From Mobula hypostoma (taxonomy: Eukaryota): a stretch of 64,000 bases of DNA. A program made the translations under genes and the position numbers. The notes under the pieces were generated by a model. It saw only the letters and a list, made by a program, of their open reading frames with translations, searched no databases and was not told the DNA's origin. Shown piece after piece: positions 52,136 through 64,000 of this stretch (its first letter is position 1; each line of letters starts with the position of its first letter). The stretch lies in NCBI RefSeq assembly GCF_963921235.1, contig NC_086109.1:8868001-8932000 (forward strand), in the 5' to 3' direction.

Positions 52136-52276
52136 TGATCTTGACTTTGTGAAATTCTTTGAGACATCAAGAAGGATGCTGTATAAATCTAACAGGTACC
52201 TTTTAGTAATGATGAAGAACCTGTACTGTAAATATAATTTGCAGTTAAGTAAATGAGATTTTTTTTATCATTCCAG

Positions 52277-52492
52277 GTAGAGTACTGTCCCTGCATAGTG
52301 TCAAGTGACTGCTGGAATCTCATGATGGAATTCATGCAGAGTTTCATGGGAAACCATACCCCTGGAATCCCGTCTGTATTCTCAACAAAGCACGATGGCA
52401 TTTATACACCCACAGACACAGCCGTTCAGTACATGGAGCTGTTCAATAAAATTCGGAAACAGCAGCAGGCTCCTGTATCAGGAATGAGATAG
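52277..52492 (+). CDS. MED20: Mediator subunit 20 coding exon 4 (terminal)
   Basis: VEYCPCIVSSDCWNLMMEFMQSFMG...QYMELFNKIRKQQQAPVSGMR*; total CDS 636 nt = 211 aa. Confidence 0.97.
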   Translation, partial: VEYCPCIVSSDCWNLMMEFMQSFMGNHTPGIPSVFSTKHDGIYTPTDTAVQYMELFNKIRKQQQAPVSGMR

Positions 52493-52764
52493 GCTGCTTT
52501 GCACTGACAAATCTAAACTACTTTTTCATTGAATCTGATAAGTTAATCCTTTCAATGAGGAGCATTTGGTATCACTCAAGATACCACAACAATTTTGCAA
52601 TGCTTTTCTTCTTGTGAGAAGAATGGGGCAAAATAGTTTATTTCTTTCCATCTCTGCTGGTAGGTAGCCTCGCACCTGGTTTCCAATGGCCAGAAGTTTT
52701 CTGCAATGTTGACCCTTATTTCTTCTTAATTCTCCTCTACACACACTGACTAGCCTGCCTGTGA

Positions 52765-52770
52765 AATAAA
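52765..52770 (+). terminator. Candidate MED20 polyadenylation signal
   Basis: First AATAAA after the stop codon; another at 53106-53111. Confidence 0.4.
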
Positions 52771-55700
52771 TAGAGCAGCATTGCTCAATTAAAAGTAGCC
52801 ATGGCGTGACATGAAGAAGCCAGTGACCAATGACATGAGCTTACAGCACTACTTTCTCCAATTTAGCTCTACCAGGAAGGCTGGATGGAGTCACCCGCTC
52901 ACAGGGTCGCAGACAAGAAGTGGGCTTGATTCATTATCCTAATTAATTAAATTCAGGGATCGTTTTTAGATTGGCTAATTCAGAAATCTTGTCTAGCTGT
53001 GGATGGTGTGTGAAATGGTGATGCTAAATAGCAGAGAAGGCTGAAAATAGTGGGGAAAGCCTCTTAACTGAATAACTCTGAGAAGAAAAATGTTGGAGAC
53101 GCTGGAATAAAAACGAAGTGTTGGAACTGCTGAGCGACAGGAGAGCATTTAGGTGGTTTGATGCATCATTGAAGAGAGTTCTTTGAAACGTACTGAGCTT
53201 AAATGTTAATGCTCTGTTGATGCTATCTCTGACAATTTTCTGTTTTTATAACAAAATTTTTCGCCTTCTGTGCAGATAGTTATTTTTAGTAAATTATCTA
53301 TAAAGCAGGGTTGAATAGCCTTTACTAGGGAGTTTTTTTTTACATCGGTGCACTGATTGACTCTCACCGCCTAGGGGGAGTTACTTTTTAAGATTTTACA
53401 TGAAAATACTACCTGGTTCAGTAATGCAGCCACCTTATGTGTGCTAGGGCTCAATATTTTAGAAAACACTCAAATGTAGCCTGTGCTCCCATTGCTCATC
53501 TCAGTGAAGTGACTCCTGATTAGATTACAGATATCAGTGGACAGCACAGTTAGTGGAATTTCTGCATCAGAGGTACAGTGACCCAGGTTCAGTCCTGACT
53601 ACTGCTGTCTCTGTGGAGTTTCCATGTTCTCCCTGTGGCCATGAAGGTTTTCTCTGGGTGCTCAGGTTCCCTGCAAAGTCCCAAAGGCGTGCAGGTTAAT
53701 TACAGAATTACCCTTAGTGTGTGAGTAGCCGAACCTGGGCATGGTGAGGCAACCTGATGGGAATGTGGGGAGAAGAAGTTTCAGAGATAACTAGCGGGTG
53801 ATGGGATTGCTCTGAGCTACTGTGGACTCATTGGGCCAAATGGTTGCCTTCTTTTGACCAAACACCTTGCCGAGGCATGTTCAGCAGCGTTGTATGGAAG
53901 TGTCACCTGTATAAGACAGTAAGTGGAGTCAAAGCTGTGACTTTATTTTACATATTTTGGATTTTTTTTGTTGGATCTGATCAATTAATTTTTTTTTAAT
54001 TAAAGAATTTGATGGTTTCGTATTTTACTAGAGTGGCTGAAAATTGAAAATTTTTCTGACAGGAATAATGATGAAATTTAATCTATGTGCTTTAAATTCA
54101 ATACAACTTTTCCTGTTAAGTGATTCAAAGCCTGATGGACGTGTGTAGCATTAATAGTTTGTACGAGTTTTTGAAAAATAGTAAAGATTTAAGATTAGTT
54201 TTATTTGTTAATGTACATCGAAATATACGGCGAAATGTGTCATTTGCATCAATGGCCAACTCAAGCTGAGGATGTGCTGGGGGCAGACCACTAGTAGCGC
54301 TATGCTTCCAGCACCAATGTAGCATGCCCCCGACTCACTAACCCTAACGGTGTGCCTAGAATGTGGGAGGAAACCGGAGCACCTCGAGGAAACCCATGCA
54401 GTCATGGGGAAAACGTACAAACTCCTTATGGGTAGCAGCAGGAATGGAACCCTGATCTGTGATTGCTGGCACTGTAAAGTGATGCGCTAACCGCCACACT
54501 ATCGTGCTGCCCGTAGAGTATTGTGTCTGAGGGTAAGGTAATTATAATGTATAGAAAGAGCTTGTGCCATCTCAAATTTAAATGATTCAAATATCCTGTA
54601 AGACTTGAGCATAAAGTTTACTGTGTGCCCTAACCCAGAGGTTTCTTGCTAGTTTTGTGCTAAGGCATACTGAGGTAGAATTAGAACATAGAACGTAAAA
54701 CACTAGCATAATACAGGCCCTTCGGTCCACAATGCTGTGCCAACCTTTTAATCTACTGGAAGATGAAGCTAACCCTTCCCTCCCACATAGCCACCATTTT
54801 ACAGTAGAGCATAGACAGTATAGCACAGGCCCCTCAGTCTACAATGCTGTGCTGACCTTTTAAACTATTCCAAGATCAATCTTGCCCTTCCTGCCCCACT
54901 AACCCTCCATTTTTCTATCGTCCATGTGCCTCCCGGAGAGTCTCTTCAATGTTGCCTATGTACCTGTCCCATTGTGGAATATGGGAAAATGCTCCGATTT
55001 CATCCCGTATTCTAAAGGCGTACAGGTTAGTAGGTTAATTGGTTACATGGTAATTGGTAGGCACAGGCTAAATCTCTTAAATATCCCTAATATATCTGCC
55101 TCGATCATCACCCCTGACAACACATTTCACACACCTATCTCTGACATTCCTTCCTATACTTTTCTCCAATCACCTTAAAATTGTGCTCCCTTGTCTTAGC
55201 CATTTCCACCCTGCGAAAACACTTACTGCCCTTTACACTGCTGGTGTTTAGGGCAGCAATGAAGATTCTCCTTCTCTGTCTGTCCTTGGCCACCATCTCT
55301 GTTATGGCTCAGGGTCTTTATTTCTACCTCTATGGTAGTTGTCTTTGGTCTCCCATGTTTCCTCCACCCTTCAGAGGGTCCAATGAGGTGCTGTCTTAAT
55401 GGTGGAGTTGGCCTATCTTCTCATCACGTGTCCAATCCATCCACTGTTTCCTCATGATGATTGTGGCCATGTCCTCTTGATGACACTGAAGGAGCCTGGG
55501 AAAACAGCGCTGGCTATACGCTGTTATCAATGACTTTTATCATCCGGTTGTTAGATTTATTAAGTACTGCTGGGTTTCACATAATTTATTTGCGTTGTAA
55601 TGGTGAGATTGATTTACCTAATCAAACGAATGGATAACACAGCTGGCCTGCAGAAATCTCTGGGCGTGCTGGGGATTCGAAATGAAGACTAAATGCTCAA

Positions 55701-58397
55701 TCCTTCCGGTTACATGGAGAAAACGGCTCTGCTGAAAGGTGCACATTTGAAACTTCAGTAACCTTATCTTCTTTTATTATCACTTGCACAATGATGTTCT
55801 TCAGTCAAGGGAGTTGGCGAAATATGACTGGGTTACCAAAGTCAAAGTAAGTGTATTGTCAAAAGTGCATACAACTGTATTTCACCATCTACCAATTTGA
55901 GATTCATTTGCACTTATATACAGGTGATTTAATTCCCACCACTGTCTGTAAGGAGTTTGTTCTGTCTCCCTGTGACTGGATTTTCTCGGGATACTCCTTT
56001 CACAGTCCAAAGACGTACTGGTGGGTAGGTTAATTGGTCATTGTAAATTGTCTTGTGATAAATCGTTGGAGATTTAATCCTAAATGTGTTGCCACAGGTG
56101 GCTGTGTATTATATTGATGTAGTAATAAGATAAAATATCATGAGTTGTAGAGTTCCTGAAAATGAGTCTGTAGGTTGTGGAATCATTTCGGAGTTGAGGC
56201 CAGTGAAGTTATCCACGCCGAAGTGATAACAGTTGATGAACCTGGTTGGGTGGGACCTAAGGCTTCTGTACTTCCTCCCAATGGTAGTAGCAAGAAGAGA
56301 ACAGGATGGATGACCCAAAGCTTTGATCGAAGATGAGCATTAAGAATGGCCTTGCAGCTGAAAGAACTCGGGATTCAATGAAGTAGTAAGCACTGAGAGC
56401 ACAATTGCCAACAGTGAAATGAGTGTGTGAGAGCAGTGGGCTTGTCTAGGAGCACGAAAGAAATCTGGTTCACTCCCCTCAACTGAATTGATTCCACAAT
56501 CTACAGACTCGTTTTCAAGCTCTCTACGATGTATCTCAGTATTATTATTGTTTTTTAATTTGCACGCTTTAGGCAGGAAGAGGGGAAGGGAGCTAAAGCA
56601 CCAGAGAGACATTCTGTAATGATAATTAAACCAATTGTTTTAGTGTCTCAGGGATGGGTGAGTCTGCACCTGTGCCACTCCCCGCCCCGGCATTCCTTCT
56701 CTGACACCTGTAGGACACCTTCCCGCTGCGCTCCACCCTCGCCATTCCCAACATACTTTGCTCCCGTCAGGTTTACAAACTCGCTCTCCGCTCCACGTTG
56801 ACAAACACGGTACTGTGCAAATGTCTTAGCCACCCTAACTATATATGCGTGTGTCTTAGAGTTTTGCACGGTACTATTATACCTGTTTCTGATACTGAAG
56901 GTTTATGGGGCAGGGTAGGACCTTATTCTTTGCACTGTCAGAGACAGGGTGAAACCACACAGGCTTTTAACGAGGGAATGGGAGTCTAAGGGTAGAAGGC
57001 ATAGGTTTAGGGTGAAAGGGGGAAAGATTTAAAAGGGACCTGCGTAACATGTGGTAAAAGTGGTAGGTATAAGGAATAAATTGCCAGAAAAAGTAGCCCA
57101 GGCAGGTGCAATAACGAATTCTAGGTTCACTTTTTTTTAAATATATATCATGTGTACATCGAAACATACAGTGAAATGCGTTGTTTCCGTTAACAAGGGG
57201 TGTGCTGGGGGCAGCCTGTAAGTGTCGCCACCAGCACGGCGTGCCCGCGATGCTCTGAAACAACAGAATACAACGAGCAACAGAACAATAGCAAAACGAG
57301 CTCCGTTCCCCCACCCACCAGTCTCCAGCGGAATCGAGCTTCAAGTTCCCCAGAGGACTTGCGGAGATTTGCAGGCTCGGCTCCCACCAACAGGCCTCGG
57401 TTTCACGACTTCCGATTCACCCCCCCCCCCCCCCCCCCGGACGTCGGCGTCGACATTTGGATAAGTATGGGAAAGGTTTAGAGTAGGGGTTCCCAAACTA
57501 GGGGCCGTAGCATTTTTTAAAAAATGGTTTAGAGGGCCATGGACCAAGCTTAGATGGGCCCCATGATTGGCATGGACTTGATGGGCGGAATGGCCTGTTT
57601 TCAGGGCTGCGTGACTTCTAAAACAAATTACGAACATGTTCTTTGTCTTTATCTTCTGAGTGACAAGATTTAGGGCATAGGACAGTTCGGAAACTGCATA
57701 CAGTTCATGCGCCATTGCCGGGAAGTACAGGTTGAATAATGCCTACTACAAGCATAAAAGGGAACTGGATCAAAACCACCTCATTAATTGTTGGCAAGTG
57801 ACTAACTGTTGTTTTCTGTACCACATGCTTTGTGCGAGTGGCCAGGCTGCCTGTGATTTATAAACTGAAGAGCATTTAATCTTTTGCCAAGTCCTTGAGA
57901 CACGCCTCGTTCAGCTCTCAGAGATGATGAACCGAGCAAATTAGTTTTCGCTCGTTCTTCACCGGCAATGTAATATATGCCAAGGTCAATGGATTCTACT
58001 TAACTAGGTGTCATTTCTGACATGTAGTATATTTTAAAGGCACATTACTTAAACTTTTACCTGGTCTTATTTAATTATTACCAATTGTCGCATTAAAATG
58101 ATCTGTCAACATCAGGGAGTTATTAAGAGCAAGGTTGAACATATGGAACTGTTTATTTTTACAAGTGACAGATATCAAAGTGCATTGCGAGTTACAGATG
58201 AGGCTTGCATTGTGCGTTCGGATTTGCCTCTTGCACCTGGGTCAAGTTTATTGTGAAATTTTGGTTCTGAAGGGAAAAAAGGTCTTAAAGCTCGTGTAAG
58301 AGTACTGTAGTCTTTATAGAAAACATTTACCTTTTTTTTGGCTTAAAAAAAGATGTTCCTTGCACAAGAGATTCTGCAGATGCTGGACATCCGGAGC

Positions 58398-58431
<34 letters not shown>

Positions 58432-59529
58432 GCTGGAGGAACTCAGCAAGTCAGGCAGCGTCTATGGAGAGGAATAAAGAGTTGACGAGACTACATCAGG
58501 ACATTGCATTGGGTCAGGTGGTAAATAGATTGAAATGCCAAAGCCAAAGTTTAACCTCAGTGTCCTGGACCAGGTGAAAGAATATTATCAAGGGACATTT
58601 TCTCGTTCTTAGCACAAAAAAAAACTGCCGGAGGAGCTCGGTGGTGGTGGTGAAGGGGGAGGGAGGGAGGGGTCCGGTAGCATCTGTGGAGAGGAATGAA
58701 TTTGCATCATTGGCGGTTCATTTCCCTCCAGAGGTGCTGCCTGATTCCCTGAGTTCCTCAAGTAGTTTGTCTTGCCCCAGATTCCAGCTTCAGAATCAGG
58801 TTTATTATCACTGACTTATGTGTCGTGAAATTTGTTTTGCGGCAGCACTACAAGTGCAAAGACATAAAATTATTACGTTACAGAATAAACTGCTAAGAAA
58901 GGGAATAACAAGGTAGTGTTCACGGGTTACATGACACGTTCATAAATCTGATGGTGGCGGGGAAGAAGCTGTTACTGGATCGTTGCGTGTGGGTCTTCCT
59001 GGTAACATCTTTTTTGATGGTGAAGAGGGCATCAGGTGGGTGGTGTAGCAGATTTATTTCATTTATTTATTGCGATACGACGCGGAATAGGCCCTTCCGG
59101 CTCTTCGAGCTGCGCCGCGCAGTAACTCCAGCCTTTTAACCCGATAGTTTACAACGACCTGTTAACCTTTCAACCGTCCTTTGGACTGTGGGAGGAAACC
59201 GGAGCACCCGGAGGAAACCCACGCAGTCACGGGGAGAACATACAGCGGTGGGAATTGAACCCGAGTCACTAACCACTACGCTACCGTGCTGCCCTAACAA
59301 TAAGGGGGGCAGTCTGATTGTGAGCATCTGTAGTCTCCTGTGCTCTCCGTCTGTCTCGTTACTATCCTGAGGGTAAACCTAAATGCAAGAGCAGGATCAG
59401 TTTTGATTGTAGTGCATTTATGGTCGAGGAACTGGAGTGAAGAATAGGCGAACCGACTCAATGGAATGTCTCATTTGTAATGTAGTGCCTAAAAGTGTGA
59501 TGAAAAGATCCTTCAAAAGAAATTATTTC

Positions 59530-60030
59530 TTCAGTTCTAGTCACCTCATTATAGGAAGAATGTAGACAGTTTACAGAGAGGATTCACCATGATGCTGCCT
59601 GGATTAGAGAGCATGTCTTACGAGAGTTAGGGCTTTTCCCTTCAGAGTGAAAGAGGATGAGAGGTGATTTAATAGATTGTACATGATGATGAGAGGTGTA
59701 GGTAGAATGGACAGCCAGAGGTTTTTTCCCAGAGCGGAAACAGCTAACACAAGGGGGCACAATTTTAAGGTGATTGGAGGAAAGGACAGTATAGGAGAGG
59801 GGATATCGGAAGTAAGTTTTCACACAGAGCGTTGGGTGTGTGGAATGCACTGCCAAGGGTGGCGGTAGAGGCAGATACGTTAGGGACATTTAAGAAACTC
59901 CTAGATAAGAGTTGGTAGAAAAATGGAGGGCTGTGTGGAAGGGGGAGTCAGATTGATCTCAAAGTAGGTTAAAAGGTCAGTACAACATTGTGGGCTGGAG
60001 AACCCGTACTGCGTGTTATGCTCTGTGTAG
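59530..60030 (+). mobile_element. Degenerate CR1 3' fragment
   Basis: RMDSQRFFPR...TRGHNFKV remnants. Confidence 0.7.
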
Positions 60031-60530
60031 ATTGGGCAAGAAAATCTTTACAGGCCACAAGGAAAGAAGAGTGGAGTCAATTAGCACGGTCTTTCGGCAT
60101 GGTAGCATAGTGGCTAGCGGAATGTTTTACAGCTCCAGTGATCGCCCATTCGATTCCCGCTGCTGTCTATGAGAAGTGTATACATTCCCCTGTGACTGTG
60201 GCGAATTTCCTCCCACATTCCAAAGACGCACGTTATGTTGGTGCCAGAGGCATGGCGGCGCTCGCAGGCTGCCCCCCCCCCCCCAGCCCCAGCGCATCCT
60301 CGGACTGTGTTGGTCGATAGCACAAACGATACATTTCACTCCGTCTTCTGATGCTAAACTAATGCCTGACTTAAGGATGGTGGGTCTGCGGCTTGGACAA
60401 TCTGTGTTCAATAAATTAGCCTGAAAGTCACTCAAGACACACGAGAACTGAACACTATCAGTGGTAGGAGTTTTATATCAGCACCCTAGTGTGAGAGAAC
60501 TTTAAAGAAAGTGGTGGTGGAGAGAAAGTA

Positions 60531-61498
60531 CAGTGGATTTTGGCTATTTGGGAAACACCAGGACATGTAGATTATGGCCCAAATAAGCGGCTGTCCCAAT
60601 TAGCCGAAGTTTCATGGAAATAGTTACAAAATATTAATAATACAACTTAGTAACAAATTATAGCAACATACTTCAAAGTTGCTGGTGAACGCAGCAGGCC
60701 AGGCAGCATCTCTAGGAAGAGGTACGGTCGACGTTTCAGGCCGAGACCCTTCGTCAGGAGTAACAAATTATGTATTTAAATGAAATATAGAACAAATTCG
60801 AACACTACCAATCCTACTGGCGGTTGTCCATCGCATCCGACGTTGACAGGAAACCTGTGCAGGAGAGTGGAAAGTTCGGTTCAGTGGGACGAGTAGACAT
60901 CACAACTGGTGTCTTCCTGGGATGCAGCAGATGACCGAGACCTCTCTCTCACGCCACGCCCTTGGCTCTCCACCGAGCGTTGCAGATCCTCCTTCCTGGC
61001 CGTGGGATCTCACTGTTACTCTCATCCGCGGAGCTGATTCCGCATACGTCCCTAGGTAACCGGGGTATGAGGCCGCCGGCTACTCTCACCTGGTTTAACT
61101 GCCTGTCGAAGCGATGTGCCAGTGTGTGGCCGCCGTCCCATTGCAAACAGATAAACCCCGTTCCTGACATTTCCGAGACTGAATGCCTGAAACCGCAGTG
61201 AACAAGAGTTCTGAATTGTCCTACTGCTCATTTCTCGCAAAAAATCACTGCTTTTTGAACACAAACACTCGCAACTGATGCTATTTTAAAAACTCTTCGC
61301 TCTAAGGACGCAAAAGCGCAGGCGACTGGCTCTCGTTTGAAGCTGTCCGGCAAGTCACCTGCCCTAATTAAGCGAAAGTGTCCCAAATAAAGGAAGGGAA
61401 CCCCAGCTATTCTATCGATTAGTTTTTGTTCTTTAAGAGTTAGCCCAAATAACCAGCTGTCCCGATTAACCGATGGCCCAATTAACCGGAATCCACTG
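60531..61498. mobile_element. Non-autonomous Tc1/mariner-pogo-like DNA element with nested insertions
   Basis: TA|CAGTGGATT...AATCCACTG|TA inverted termini; related copy in opposite orientation at ~23495-24223. Confidence 0.7.
60662..60758 (-). mobile_element. 97-bp Penelope 3'-end insertion carrying a hammerhead core
   Basis: CCTGACGAAGGGTCTCGGCCTGAAACGTCGAC...; 13-bp TSD AGTAACAAATTAT at 60649-60661 and 60759-60771. Confidence 0.85.
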
Positions 61499-62019
61499 TA
61501 ATTTTTGACTGATGTCCGGCAAGCCGGCTAAATCACTCAATTTGAAACACAATTATCAAACACATTTAATGTCTATCTATCGAAGAGTTTTGTTTCAAGG
61601 TGAACGGGACTTTAAAGTAGGATTAATTTTAAATCCTGTAACAATTACAAGAGTATAGATCGCTTAAAATAGGAATTATTAGTCTTTAATGAAAAAAATC
61701 ATGTTTTAATCTGTTCTTGTAATCCAGAATTAAAAAATTGTAAATAATGAGGAAATCTTGTCTCAGAAACTAACATGACTCAATGTGCCGATGTGGGCCG
61801 GTGACCCAAAGTAGGTATTATACAATGGTTGTTAAAGGAACAGGTCTGGTTCACAAAATGTTACCATAATTCTGAAGTTAGACCTTAAATACTTCTGACT
61901 CCAGTGAATGACGGAAGAACTGCTAAAGGGCTCAGTGACATTTAGGTTAACCACTTCAGAGAAGTAACAAATTCAGTCTTTTAACCTCCCATTTCCAGAC
62001 TATATGCTCTTTTCCCTCC

Positions 62020-62810
62020 TATATCTTTCTCTTTCTCTCTCTCCCACCCCTCCCACACACTTCCTCTACCGCTTTCTCCCCTGTCCCTTCTCCCCCCACC
62101 CCTCTCACTCCCCTTCCCCCTCCTCTCCCTTCTCTCTCCCTCCCTCTTTCTCCCTCCCCATCTCCCTTCCCCTCTCTCTGCCCCTCCCCTCTACCTCATT
62201 CTCCCCTCCCCCTCTCTTTCTCCTCCCCCTCTCTCTCTCCCCATCCTCTCTCTCTCTCCCCATCCTCTCTCTCTCCCCTATCCTCTCTCTCTCCCCAATC
62301 CTCTCTCTCCCCTATCGCTCTCTCCCCTACCCCACTCTCTCTCCCCTCCACCTCTCTCTCCTCTTCTGCCTCTGTCCCACTCCCCCTCTTTCTCCCCTTC
62401 CCCTCTCTCTCCCTTCCCCTCTCCACCACTGTCTCTCCTCTCCCAACCCTCATCACACCCTCCACCCCTCTCTCACACCCTCCACCTCTCTCTCCCAATC
62501 TCTCCCCTTCCCCCTCTCTATCCCTTCCCCTCTCTCTCCCTTCCCCTCTCTCTCCCTTCCCCTCTCTCTCCCCCCTCTCTCCCCTGTCCCCCTCTCTCCC
62601 CTGTCCCCCTCTCTCCCTTCCCCCTCTCTCCTTTCCCCCTCTCTTCCTTCCCCCTCTCTCTCCCTTCCTCCCCCCCTCTCACACCCCCTCACACTCCTCC
62701 CTCTCAACCATCCCATTTCATAACCTTCCCCTCCTTTTCTCCCCTTGCTATCTCTCACACCCCTCGCTCTCTCTCTGTCTCCCTACTCAGCCTCTCCCCT
62801 CTCTCCCACC
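62020..62810. repeat. Long C/T-rich low-complexity tract
   Basis: ~790 nt almost entirely C/T on the plus strand. Confidence 0.95.
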
Positions 62811-63309
62811 ACCACACTGTCTGTCGGCAGTGTTTGCTCTTGCTCCTGCTGTCTAATGCTTTCATTTCTGTTGCAGGTTTCTGGGTTGAGGCCCCATGTG
62901 ACGGGCTCTGGCATGTTGTTGCTTTAGTGCTGCCCTGAAGTGTCAGAGCTGTTCCTTCGGGATCAGGTATTAAATTGACAATCTGCTCACTGTTCTGGAG
63001 TGATGGATGTCATGGGATTGTGCAAAGAGTATCAGTTGTGTCCTCCACAAGAATTATATCTTAGTCAACATCAGTAACAGAGGAAGCATTCTGTCTGGAT
63101 GCATTATGGCAACTGCTCTGCATATAACTGTGAGAAATTGCAGAGAGTCATGGACACAGCTCAGTACATCACATTACACAAGCTGGCCTCCCCTCCATGG
63201 ACACTGCCTACACCTATTGCTGCCTCGTGAAAGCAGTCAACATGACACTGGACAACAAAGATTTTGCTTCCTGAATTCTTTTGGGTGCCTCTTATTGATT
63301 TTGGGCTGC

Positions 63310-64000
63310 TGATCATGAAAATCACTAAGAAATGTTCCTATTATGCACCATCTAAAAAAAACTACAAACGTTTGTATATTTGTTGTTTCAATTCAAATTC
63401 AAGTCAGAATAGCTGATGCCAAGATTAAGGAAGGCATTTCTGTTGATCCACAAATCAAACAGGTCATCAATGATAGGCAGCTTCTAGCGGGACTGGAGGA
63501 AATCACATGGAAGGCATGCAAGGATGTTGTTGAAAATTTTACAAAGCACTAAACTATGTGCAGCTGATTGACAACATGTTTCATGCGACATATCACTAAA
63601 GGTTCATTTTCTGCATTCCCATTTGGACTTCTTCCCTGCAAATCTAGGTGCTGTCAGTGACGAGCATGGTGAAAGGTTTCACCAGGACATTGCGGTCATG
63701 GAGAAACAGTATCAGGGCAACTGGAATCCGTCAATGCCGGCTGATTAGTGTTGGACACTTAAGCGAGAAGCCTCAGACACTGAGTACAAATGAAAATCAT
63801 CAACAAAACATTTTTAGCTTAATTGAACTATTGCAAAGCGTCAGCACTGTTATGCAATTAAACATATTATATTCAGTAACACCTAGTTTCCTCTTTCTCC
63901 CAATTCCTGTGGGATACAAGTGGTCTGAAATTATATTTGTGTTCAGCTTCAAGCGGTCTATCAGAAACCAAAAAAAAAAAATTCCTAGAAAGCAACATTT
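63310..64000 (+). mobile_element. Degenerate DDE DNA transposase fragment, probably Sola1-like
   Basis: AKIKEGISVDPQIK...W..CKDVVENF and KVHFLHSHLDFFPANLGAVSDEHGERFHQDIAVMEKQYQGNW; deletions and stops present. Confidence 0.6.

Noticed and set aside
62004..62758. Long Pro/Ser/Leu-rich and Gly/Glu/Arg-rich ORFs
   Set aside because: Artefacts of the C/T low-complexity tract

Overview
Eukaryotic vertebrate DNA, most likely a cartilaginous fish (inferred from HE1/V-SINE-like, CR1, Rex1-Babar and Penelope repeats). Two complete genes lie head to head: BYSL (bystin, minus strand, 7 coding exons, 33949 to 21614, 438 aa) and MED20 (plus strand, 4 coding exons, 37367 to 52492, 211 aa). All junctions are GT-AG and phase-consistent. 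Most other sequence is transposon-derived. The main unexplained signal is a cryptic minus-strand spliced gene running from an orphan CpG island (~18.8 kb) to ~3.2 kb. Its five downstream exons join in one frame, but it carries apparent lesions: no in-frame ATG, a Penelope insertion with an 11-bp TSD inside an exon, a CAG>CCG acceptor and a probable frameshift. I cannot name its product. Also notable: Penelope-borne minimal hammerhead ribozyme motifs, an 83-bp tandem array just upstream of MED20, an R4/Dong-like endonuclease fragment and nested insertions. Repeat family names come from motif recognition, not database searches, and many repeat boundaries are approximate.
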